Of a stretch of DNA of 64,000 nucleotides, positions 55,997 to 64,000 are shown piece after piece. The stretch is taken from positions 310,001 through 374,000 of the IMG/VR virus record IMGVR_UViG_3300028558_000791. One strand, written 5' to 3'. The position numbers and the translations under genes were made by a program. Under the pieces are notes generated by a model. That model searched no databases, was not told where the DNA came from, and saw only the letters and a program-made list of their open reading frames with translations. Within the stretch, counting starts at the first letter, position 1. Each line of letters opens with the position of its first letter.

Positions 55997-58753
55997 TTAT
56001 GGGTTCAATCCGCCGGCACCATTCCATCTCATATAGATTCCATTTTGGAGATGTAGAAATTGTGCGGTTCCATTAACAGTACCACCACCAGTATATGGAT
56101 TTAGTCCATTAGTATTGTTTAATGTAAAGTGAGTATTATCAACTACTGTAATAACAAAAGTTCCATTAGCAACAGTATTGCCTGTTACTCCAGTAATGAC
56201 CACCGTCTGTCCAGTTACTAATGTATTAGTTGCAGATGTTGTAATTTGGATTGGTGATGTAGCGGTCGCTCCAGTTACCGTTAGGGATGTCGTGTTATCG
56301 GTGCTTAAAGTAAAGGTTCCAAAGTTAGCTCTTCCTTGTCTAATATTTGGCGCAGTTCCCATAAATCTCTGATTGATAGTATTTACAGTTAAACCACCAA
56401 TAGCAATTGGTAAGCTACCTACGTTATCTGTTGCTGTTCCGCCCCAAATTTCCCAAGGCAATAACTCTGTAGTTCCTGTAAATGGACTATCTCCGGCATT
56501 CGTGGCGTAAGCTGGACTTGCACCAGAAACTCCATCCGCATTTGCCCAGCCCGAAATTAAACAGGTTTCAGGTGCAGAATCTCTGAACGTGTAGCCAAAA
56601 TTATTGGAGTTACCCACTCTCATTTGAATTCCACTATAATCAACAGTATTAACTCCACCATAGACAAATGGTCTATTGGTAGTTGGAGCTAATGGCGATG
56701 GCTCATTGCTAGGTATTCCCATTAGAAGGAGTCCATTGGCGCCTGCACCCTGTGTTCTAGCATACATGAAAACTGATTGACCAAGATCATCACCCATTAC
56801 AGTCATACGATAAGCAATAGCTCCAGTTGTTGAAGCTCCAACAACCGATGCCGCATAAGGTGAAACGGGATTGTTTCCTAAATATTGCGATATGCTGCTA
56901 GTTATTCCGCCTATAGGCCAGTCACCATTTAAGACTCCGCCGAAACCAACACTTACTGATGTTGGAGGCATATTTGGAATGTTAAATGGTTCAACGGCCA
57001 TTCTAGATTGCCATGCAGTTGAGTGCGGGCTTTGTAGAATAATCTTACTATTAAATGAATATCCATCACCACCAGTATATCCAATACGACTTATAGATCC
57101 GGAAGTGGTAGAGGTACCATTACCAATAGACCCATTGAGTGTAAACGTATTACTTCCATTAGTTGTAATTGTCCAAGTGCCATTAGCATTTGTATTTCCA
57201 GTCACACCAGCTATAGTAACTCTTTGACCAGTTAAAAATTGATTGATCGTATTCAAATTAGGTGTAACTTGAATAGGTGCCGTGTTTGTTGTTGATAGCA
57301 TTCCTAAACCAGTAATAAAAGTATTATTTGGGTAGGACGCGTAAAATGAAACTTGAGTTTCAACTTCATACAACCACCAATCCATAGTCTCGTTAGGTGG
57401 AGTATCAGTAGAGCGATAATCAATTGTATAGCCGTTGAAATTATTAACTGTGTTACCAGTAGTCATTGTGCCAGTTCCACCAGTACATCCTGTAAATTGC
57501 GTGCCGCCTGAAATTCCGGTATATGCTACTGTCTGTACCCCTGTAGTTGTAAAGACAAAAATGTTTCCGCTAGTTGGGAATCCGGCCGTGGAAGCGACAT
57601 TTATAGTAGACTGTGGAAGTGATGCATTGTTAGAGCCGACAGCAATAGTGGTGCTGTTGCCAGTATTAGCGGCAGAGATTTTGAAAGCGCCAGAGTTTTT
57701 GGTTGTATAACTGGAACTTTTTAGTACTAGTATTCTACCTGCATCTCCTGTAGTTGGTGCAGTTCCAGATACTACAACTCTAGCAGATTGTGGAATGCTA
57801 ACAGCATAGACTGAGTTAGCGCCAGTCACATTTATCTGTGCTCCCGTTCCTCCAGCAACAGTACCAGATGCGACTAGCATACCTGTAGGTGTTAGAGTTC
57901 CAGAAAAAGCGGTGTAGGCAGCGCCATCAGCCTTAGAACCAACCAGCGTTAATTGTGTCGGGCTAGTAACAACAGTTGGCCATAGTCCATTAAGATTGGC
58001 TGTACCGGCAATTCCGGATGTTAAAACATACTGGCCACTCGTTACTCCGTGTGGTACTTGAGTTGTAATGGTTGCATACTGATTAAGCGTAGTAGTAGCG
58101 GCCGATATTTTAGTTGGTCCACAGAAGATAGTGCTTGCAGCAGAGGTGACAGCATTACCTGTAGCCATAGAACCGGTGCCACCTAGACATCCAGTAAAGG
58201 TCGTTGCACCAATTCCAGTATATGTTACTAGTTGAGTGCCTGCGGAGGTAACGACATAGATAGATCCACTAGTAGGAAATCCTGCTGTTGTGGCTACGTT
58301 GATAGTTGCTTGCGGAAGAGATGCTCCGTTAGATCCTGAAGTTATTGTTGTGGCTTGACCAGATGACATACTACCAGTTCCACCAGTGCAATTTAAGAAT
58401 GCATTAGCTGTAGTACCGGAATATTTGACAGCCTGAATCCCACCAGAAGTATTGACATAAATAGTTCCAGAATTAGGGAAACTAGTTGTTGATATTACAT
58501 TGATGATAGATTGCGGAAGTGATTGTCCATTTGACCCAGCAGCTACGGAGGTTCCATTGCTGGCCGTAAATGTTTGCACATTTGAGTTGTTGATATCCCA
58601 TCCAGTATTAGAAACAACAGAATGACCTAATATTTTGTGCATGAAGACTGGCAACAAATATTGCTGTGTAACCCAGAAGTAATTGACACCACCACCAGGA
58701 GCAAAATATCCAGTGGTTGCCATAGGATAGTCTCTTAGAATATGAACAGCCAT
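55997..58753 (-). CDS. Fibre-like virion protein, paralog family (918 aa)
   Basis: Shares GRILVL, IDYRS, WWLYE, IILQSPH, MGDD, GRANF, HLQNG motifs with its neighbours; contains repeated inserted modules. Confidence 0.7.
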   Translation of the reverse strand: MAVHILRDYPMATTGYFAPGGGVNYFWVTQQYLLPVFMHKILGHSVVSNTGWDINNSNVQTFTASNGTSVAAGSNGQSLPQSIINVISTTSFPNSGTIYVNTSGGIQAVKYSGTTANAFLNCTGGTGSMSSGQATTITSGSNGASLPQATINVATTAGFPTSGSIYVVTSAGTQLVTYTGIGATTFTGCLGGTGSMATGNAVTSAASTIFCGPTKISAATTTLNQYATITTQVPHGVTSGQYVLTSGIAGTANLNGLWPTVVTSPTQLTLVGSKADGAAYTAFSGTLTPTGMLVASGTVAGGTGAQINVTGANSVYAVSIPQSARVVVSGTAPTTGDAGRILVLKSSSYTTKNSGAFKISAANTGNSTTIAVGSNNASLPQSTINVASTAGFPTSGNIFVFTTTGVQTVAYTGISGGTQFTGCTGGTGTMTTGNTVNNFNGYTIDYRSTDTPPNETMDWWLYEVETQVSFYASYPNNTFITGLGMLSTTNTAPIQVTPNLNTINQFLTGQRVTIAGVTGNTNANGTWTITTNGSNTFTLNGSIGNGTSTTSGSISRIGYTGGDGYSFNSKIILQSPHSTAWQSRMAVEPFNIPNMPPTSVSVGFGGVLNGDWPIGGITSSISQYLGNNPVSPYAASVVGASTTGAIAYRMTVMGDDLGQSVFMYARTQGAGANGLLLMGIPSNEPSPLAPTTNRPFVYGGVNTVDYSGIQMRVGNSNNFGYTFRDSAPETCLISGWANADGVSGASPAYATNAGDSPFTGTTELLPWEIWGGTATDNVGSLPIAIGGLTVNTINQRFMGTAPNIRQGRANFGTFTLSTDNTTSLTVTGATATSPIQITTSATNTLVTGQTVVITGVTGNTVANGTFVITVVDNTHFTLNNTNGLNPYTGGGTVNGTAQFLHLQNGIYMRWNGAGGLNP

Positions 58754-61700
58754 TACGTTCCTCCTGCCAGTACGTTATACGGTAGGATAGAACCATCCCA
58801 AGGAAGTAATATTCCATTAACTAAATGGATAAACTCACCACTATTTCCAACTAAATAAAATTGTGGTAATGTACCGCCCGTAAACTGCATTGGTCTCATT
58901 CTAGCTCTTGCAAATGAATACTGTCCAGCAGTTGAAGATACTGACATTAAAGCATCACTATATATAACTTGTCCAGTTTTATTTTGATAGGATAGGAATG
59001 TTGATAGGTTAAATCCTACAGTATATGCTGGCAAGATATTTCCTGGAGTACCTATAGTGCCTCCCGTATCACCGCCAAGATTTCTTGTTATCAATTGATG
59101 GGATCTAGTAACTCCATCAAATCCGACCATACCAAAAGATGTAGAAACGGAATCTGTAGTGTTACTTGCAGTTAACCCATTGCCACCAACTAGTATGGCT
59201 AGTAAATTAGGATCTTGTGCTTGCGTATACAATCTAGTTGGAGTGCAAGCCATAAAGTATAATGCTTTAGCGTTCGCTGCACCGTTGGAGTTAGCAGATT
59301 GAACATGGCCAAAGAAAAAGTCAGTATCGGCGAAAATTGTAACGAACCCACTTACGTTTATGTTTGCGCCGTTCAAAGTCACACCGTTAGCACTTGTTCT
59401 TTCTGTCATAGCTGAATTAGAGCCTGTTCCAGAAAAAGTAGCTCCAGACCAGCTACCATTAGGAGATCCTGCCATTCCAAAAGTTCCGAAAGCATTAGCC
59501 GCTCCTCTTAAGAAGAATTGAAATTGGCTTGGGGCTTGTCCAAAATTGATGTTAGCAGCTCCATTCATGGTTCCTACAAAATAGTTACCATTAGCTACTG
59601 CCAACTGAGATGCTGCTACAATATCAATTACTCTGTAGCTAAGTGAAGCTCTAGATGTTAGATTGTTTTTAAGAGTTGATATGTCTGTTGTTCCGCCGCT
59701 AAATGGAACCAATTGCAATTGTGTATTTGATGGCACAGCTACAATCTTGTAAATAGAGTCATCTGTACTTGCCGGATTAACAGATACATTTCCATTAGTG
59801 AACATAGTGCCGGTGCCTCCAGTACATCCAGTAAATATCTGTCCCGTAACAGCATTACCAGTAGTCATAGCTCCAGTACCACCCGTACATCCAGTAAAGC
59901 TAGTTGCAGTTACTCCAGTATATGTTACTACTTGTGCGGCGTTAGCATTCGTAATTACATTGATAGTTCCACTTGTTGGAAATCCGGTTGTGGATCCTAC
60001 ATTGATTGTTGCTTGAGGAAGTGATTGTCCATTAGATCCGACTGCAATAGTAGTATTAACTATTCCAGTATAAGCAACTGTTTGAGTACCAGCATTTGTT
60101 ACTACAAATATGGTTCCACTGTTTGCGAACCCAAGAGTGGATCCTACATTTATATTTGACTGTGGTAGTGTTTGTCCAACAGAAGCCTGACTAACTCCTG
60201 TATTAGCTCCAGCCAACCAGACAACTACATGCTTACCTATCATAGTAGCTGGACTAAATGGAGTTGAGGCAGAAGCTGTTAAGGTGCTACCGATAGAAGA
60301 GGTGACTCCATCGTTTCCTACAGCCAAAACACTTGCTCCCTCAAAAAATCCGGCCGGACCGCTGGTTGGAGAAATTGGCATTCCTCCCGGTACAAATACT
60401 TGACCACCACTAGTATAAGTGGCATTGCCAACAGCTCCATTCAAACTGAATTGAGTAGAGCTTACAACGGTAACGTTCCAACCACCATTGGCATTGGTAT
60501 TTCCACCTACGTTATATACGCCGACTAATTGGTTATTAGATAGATTATGGGGAGTGGAGGTAGTTATTGTAATTGGGTTGGCATTAGAGGCTGCAATTAC
60601 GTTAAGCATTTGGTTAGTGCCATTGACGCAATACGCCCAAAACTCATAGCACAACTTCATGAAGATAGGGATATCCTTACCATTCGTTCCTGTTGTGTAT
60701 TGTAAACCTCTAAGTAATTTTAAAGCCATTTTATCCTTATGCTACCACTGGCGGACCGCCCCACAATAACCACAAACCCCTTCTCATATGTTGTCCAACA
60801 AGATCAGTGGTTGTGGTAAATTCAGAGAAATTAGCTCTTCCTTCCCTTATATGCGCAATAGTTCCCAGGAACCTTCCTTCTAGTCTGGGGAAGCCATAAT
60901 TGATGGCTGCCGAGCCGTTCCAAGTGTTTACAATTCCAGCCATTACATCTACTGGATACAGTTCTGTTCCGCCAAGCCAAGGGGATTCGCCAGCGCTACC
61001 ATCAAAAATTGGACTGCCTTGTTGTCCATTTCCAAAAATATAAGCCAACAATGTAATATTCAGTGTAACTGGTAATGGAACTTGGCCAATAGCTGACTGA
61101 ATAGTTATGCCTTGTGTATTACCGCCTCCAATATTTCCCGGATACCAACTCATATCGTTTAAGCTATTCCCGCTACCTGAACTTAATCCCGAACCAATAA
61201 CAAATAATCTAGCTTCATTGTTTGGTGGTAATGGAACTATTTCCTGAGCTGGTAGTCCAAATGTTAGGAAGTATGATCTTGGAGTACTGGCATTTCCTGG
61301 TCTACGACCAAATATTGAAACACCATAACCATCATCATCTCCTGCTAAAGTAATTCTATAAGGCATAGAATTAGTTCCAGCAGGGATATTTGTATTATCA
61401 CCAAATCCTAAAGTTCCACCTTGCAAATTATTGCTATTTGAATTGTAATATAGTGCAGTGTGAAGATGTGGCCCTCCAACCGCAAAGTCTCCAGAAGCAT
61501 TGCCACCAAATCCAGGAGCAAAACTTATTAACGGGCACTCAGAGCTAACGCCCCCAGTTCCAACTGAAGAATCATCAACTGTTTCATGACAAATTCTAAC
61601 TTGCCAGGCCAAAGCATGCGGGCTTTGAAGAATAAGTCTTGGTGTCGTAGAAGTTCCATTACCCCTATATTGTAAAGTAGTATTTCCATTAGAAGCACCT

Positions 61701-62630
61701 TGAATTGGCGAAGAGCCATCTTTTTCATATAGATACCAATTCATACTATCAGATGGTTCTGCTGGCGGAAGATTAGGTGAGAAGTAAATTGTACCACCAG
61801 TTGACATGGATCCAGTTCCTCCCGTACATCCTGTGAATGTAGTCCCGGTCGATCCTGTGTATGAAACTTTTTGTACACCAGCAGATGTTGTTACATAGAT
61901 GGTTCCACTGTTAGGATTGAATCCTGCTACCACTGCATTACCAGTACTCATAAGGCCAAACCCACCTAAACATCCTGTGAATGTGGTCGCTGTAGTTCCA
62001 GTATAGCTAACTAACTGTTTACCATTATCAGTTGAAACCCAAATGTTTCCGGCAGTAGGAAATCCCGTAGTAGAAGCTACTGTGATAGTACCGGCAGTCG
62101 CTGTTGGCAATCTGGTCGCATTGGAGGCGGATGCAATTGTTGTTGTAGCAGTAGTTGTTGAAGCGACGTTAATAGTTGCTTGCGGCAAAGATTGACCGTT
62201 AGATCCAGAAGCAATCGTAGTGGTAGTTGCAGAAACTATTGTAGAGAATCCAATGACACCTGTACCACCCGAACATCCTGTGAAAGTGGTAGCCGTTATT
62301 CCGGTATAGCTAACTGTTTGCCTACCGGTACTAGTATAAACAAATAGAGTTCCGCTACTTGGAAATGGTGTAGTGGATGGGACCGTTAAGGTAGTTTGAG
62401 GTAGAGTAGTTGCATTGTTAGCTACACCATTTCCAGTTCTCATAGCTCCAGTGCCACCCGTACAACCGGTGAAAGTAGTAGCCGTTTTTGCAGTATAGGT
62501 TACAGTTTGCACGCCGTTATCAGTATACACTAAAATAGTTCCACTAGCGGGAAATACTGTTGTTGAGCTTACGTTAATAGTGCTTGTAGGAAGAGAAATG
62601 GCATTAGAGCTAGATATGATTGTTGTATCT
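57440..62630 (-). repeat. Nine copies of a ~65-aa module (TTIAxGSNGxSLPQxTINVxSTxGFPxSGTIxVxTxxGxQxVxYTGxTxTxFTGCTGGTGxMxTG)
   Basis: 3 copies in the 918-aa, 2 in the 658-aa and 4 in the 773-aa protein, read from the translations; boundaries approximate. Confidence 0.85.
58753..60729 (-). CDS. Fibre-like virion protein, paralog family (658 aa)
   Basis: LLR N-terminus; C-terminal HLVNGILLPWDG; nested repeat modules. Confidence 0.7.
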   Translation of the reverse strand: MALKLLRGLQYTTGTNGKDIPIFMKLCYEFWAYCVNGTNQMLNVIAASNANPITITTSTPHNLSNNQLVGVYNVGGNTNANGGWNVTVVSSTQFSLNGAVGNATYTSGGQVFVPGGMPISPTSGPAGFFEGASVLAVGNDGVTSSIGSTLTASASTPFSPATMIGKHVVVWLAGANTGVSQASVGQTLPQSNINVGSTLGFANSGTIFVVTNAGTQTVAYTGIVNTTIAVGSNGQSLPQATINVGSTTGFPTSGTINVITNANAAQVVTYTGVTATSFTGCTGGTGAMTTGNAVTGQIFTGCTGGTGTMFTNGNVSVNPASTDDSIYKIVAVPSNTQLQLVPFSGGTTDISTLKNNLTSRASLSYRVIDIVAASQLAVANGNYFVGTMNGAANINFGQAPSQFQFFLRGAANAFGTFGMAGSPNGSWSGATFSGTGSNSAMTERTSANGVTLNGANINVSGFVTIFADTDFFFGHVQSANSNGAANAKALYFMACTPTRLYTQAQDPNLLAILVGGNGLTASNTTDSVSTSFGMVGFDGVTRSHQLITRNLGGDTGGTIGTPGNILPAYTVGFNLSTFLSYQNKTGQVIYSDALMSVSSTAGQYSFARARMRPMQFTGGTLPQFYLVGNSGEFIHLVNGILLPWDGSILPYNVLAGGT

Positions 62631-63058
62631 GGAGTAATTGATGTCCCACTTCTATAATCAATGACATAAGAATTAGTGCCAGTATCAAATCCGGTAATTA
62701 GAAAACAACCTGAATTAGATTGTGGATTAGCCGTACTTCTTAGGACTAGTATTCTACCCTTATCGGTAGCAGAAACTGTTCTAGTCCCTGATGGAATAGA
62801 AACGTTCAACTCGGTATTCAAACCTAGATTGATTCCGGCTCGTGAGCCGCCAGCAAAAGTTGGGGCACCAGTAGGAGTAGAGTCGGCGGTAGAGATTAGT
62901 AACGTTCCAACAGAATTTATGTTGTAGTTCGTATCACCAACATAGGTATACAACAAAACTCTTCTTAAAAAGATCGTTGATAGATACGAGCCAATGAATG
63001 TAGAGGTTGTAGTATTGAAATTCTGTGTTACATAATCTCTGAGTAAATGCCTTACCAT
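60737..63058 (-). CDS. Fibre-like virion protein, paralog family (773 aa)
   Basis: HLLRDY N-terminus; four repeat modules; GRANF...HMRRGLWLLWGGP. Confidence 0.7.
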   Translation of the reverse strand: MVRHLLRDYVTQNFNTTTSTFIGSYLSTIFLRRVLLYTYVGDTNYNINSVGTLLISTADSTPTGAPTFAGGSRAGINLGLNTELNVSIPSGTRTVSATDKGRILVLRSTANPQSNSGCFLITGFDTGTNSYVIDYRSGTSITPDTTIISSSNAISLPTSTINVSSTTVFPASGTILVYTDNGVQTVTYTAKTATTFTGCTGGTGAMRTGNGVANNATTLPQTTLTVPSTTPFPSSGTLFVYTSTGRQTVSYTGITATTFTGCSGGTGVIGFSTIVSATTTTIASGSNGQSLPQATINVASTTTATTTIASASNATRLPTATAGTITVASTTGFPTAGNIWVSTDNGKQLVSYTGTTATTFTGCLGGFGLMSTGNAVVAGFNPNSGTIYVTTSAGVQKVSYTGSTGTTFTGCTGGTGSMSTGGTIYFSPNLPPAEPSDSMNWYLYEKDGSSPIQGASNGNTTLQYRGNGTSTTPRLILQSPHALAWQVRICHETVDDSSVGTGGVSSECPLISFAPGFGGNASGDFAVGGPHLHTALYYNSNSNNLQGGTLGFGDNTNIPAGTNSMPYRITLAGDDDGYGVSIFGRRPGNASTPRSYFLTFGLPAQEIVPLPPNNEARLFVIGSGLSSGSGNSLNDMSWYPGNIGGGNTQGITIQSAIGQVPLPVTLNITLLAYIFGNGQQGSPIFDGSAGESPWLGGTELYPVDVMAGIVNTWNGSAAINYGFPRLEGRFLGTIAHIREGRANFSEFTTTTDLVGQHMRRGLWLLWGGPPVVA

Positions 63059-63067
63059 ATTTTACCT

Positions 63068-63562
63068 TTACTGGATCCATCTTGCTACTATTTTTATGTT
63101 GGAAAGAGTATTTCCAGAAGGAGGAGCGAAGAAAACATTCAAATCTACATTGGGTGGGTTTCTAGTTGGATCAAACACTTCAGGACGCGGCACGATTTCT
63201 TCTGAAATTATCCATGTTTCGTAGGAGCTAGTGTTCTGATTAAACCCAGATAGTTTGTAATATATCTGTTGGTCTTTAGGATGAGGATAAACTGTGTTAG
63301 TGTCTAGTTGAACTGTTTGAAAATTCAATTCTGGAATGGCACTATAGTTATCTATAAACCCATTATATCCTTGATCTCTGAATGAGCTTGATAGGTTTTG
63401 GACTGTATTGCCTCCGTAATTGCCATTATTACCTTCATACAACACATTGAATTCGCCTTGTGAACCTTTTGGTAGTACAGATCCGCCAAAATTTTGATCG
63501 AATCCTTGATAGGGAAGAGTGCTTCCGGCAGTGTTAATTCCTAAATCAGCGGAGTTACTCAT
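63068..63562 (-). CDS. Small virion-associated protein, paralog of 55667..55987
   Basis: YYKLSGFN...YETW...PPSGNTLSNI...WI; likely ATG at 63562 (MSNSADLG, cf. MSTTTDLG). Confidence 0.65.
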   Translation of the reverse strand: MSNSADLGINTAGSTLPYQGFDQNFGGSVLPKGSQGEFNVLYEGNNGNYGGNTVQNLSSSFRDQGYNGFIDNYSAIPELNFQTVQLDTNTVYPHPKDQQIYYKLSGFNQNTSSYETWIISEEIVPRPEVFDPTRNPPNVDLNVFFAPPSGNTLSNIKIVARWIQ

Positions 63563-63999
63563 GGTACGACCTGTGGACCATTCCAAGTTACATAAACACC
63601 ATTTCTCATATGCTGCCAGGAATGATTGGCATCGGTGGTTAGTGAATACTCACCAAAGTTAGATCGGCCCGCTCTTAGATGAGGAACAGTTCCAATAATT
63701 CTTGGTTCAAGAGGAAATAAGGTTTGTGAGACGCCGCTATAACCACTAAAAGTAGTTGCTGTTCCATTAACAATATCTACCGAGAATAGTTCTGTGGCAT
63801 TTAACCATACACCATCGGTTGCGCTACCATCGAATCCGGGGCTATTAAATTGACCTACCCCTGTAGTATAAGTCCAAAGAGACGGCACACTACTGCATGG
63901 TAGTCCGCCCTGTGATTGACTAACGCCTTGACCTAGATTGGAATCGGGTGTCGATCCGTTGCTGGCAAATACGTTTCCTGGAGACCAACCAACATTATT
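63559..63999 (-). CDS. Fibre-like paralog, 5'-truncated by the window edge
   Basis: Frame is open to the window end; LEPRIIGTVPHLRAGRSNF...HMRNGVYVTWNGP matches the C-termini of the 773 and 918 aa proteins. Confidence 0.7.
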   Translation of the reverse strand, partial: NNVGWSPGNVFASNGSTPDSNLGQGVSQSQGGLPCSSVPSLWTYTTGVGQFNSPGFDGSATDGVWLNATELFSVDIVNGTATTFSGYSGVSQTLFPLEPRIIGTVPHLRAGRSNFGEYSLTTDANHSWQHMRNGVYVTWNGPQVVP

Positions 64000-64000
64000 T

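Noticed and set aside
3180-61333. DGY signal as a DNA-level repeat or protein-binding site (GATGGATAT)
   Set aside because: Third codon positions vary freely (GAT/GAC, all four Gly codons, TAT/TAC) and the motif follows the coding strand on both + and - genes, which favours a peptide-level signal. An out-of-frame count is still needed to exclude this formally.
1082-62927. Numerous short antisense or alternate-frame ORFs in the track (e.g. 1082..1429-, 50211..50855-, 30807..31238-)
   Set aside because: They lie wholly within well-supported genes, have no motifs, and are best explained as shadow ORFs.
55997-63999. Diversity-generating retroelement acting on the fibre paralogs
   Set aside because: No reverse transcriptase in the window, and the repeats differ at all base types rather than only at adenines.
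1-64000. CRISPR array, tRNA, rRNA or other structured RNA genes
   Set aside because: Intergenic gaps are all short (under about 140 nt) and I saw no repeat-spacer pattern or cloverleaf. A covariance search was not possible.
1-64000. Stop-codon reassignment, as seen in some large phages
   Set aside because: Very long ORFs and intact enzymes translate fully under the standard code with tight gene packing.

Overview
This window is a dense, standard-genetic-code segment of a large (jumbo-type) contractile-tailed phage genome. The modules in order are: (1) a baseplate region with a gp25-like wedge, a very large baseplate-J-like protein and two giant virion proteins (1-16.7 kb); (2) a sugar-modification block (GT4, two GT2, RmlB-like dehydratase) interleaved with an Fpg/Nei glycosylase and a membrane protein; (3) a tubulin/FtsZ-family GTPase followed by small Sm/Hfq-like proteins and a GH25 lysin; (4) replication and transcription genes (SF2 helicase, DnaC-like loader, DnaB, sigma factor, class II RNR, PIN-PhoH, Met aminopeptidase); (5) a minus-strand operon with a tail-fibre-like gene, an adenylate-forming ligase and a SAM methyltransferase; (6) accessory enzymes; (7) a minus-strand array of paralogous fibre-like proteins built from inserted, even nested, modules. 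The most striking unexplained signal is the tripeptide Asp-Gly-Tyr (DGY). I count 23 in-frame copies by hand: 15 in the three giant baseplate-region proteins, 4 as tandem pairs in the methyltransferase, 4 scattered, and none in the replication enzymes I checked. This suggests a phage-specific peptide tag or modification sequon. A second shared C-terminal tag (R-x-x-[KN]-L-[KI]-A-F-x-stop) ends three unrelated small proteins. All functional calls come from motif recognition by eye; no searches were run.
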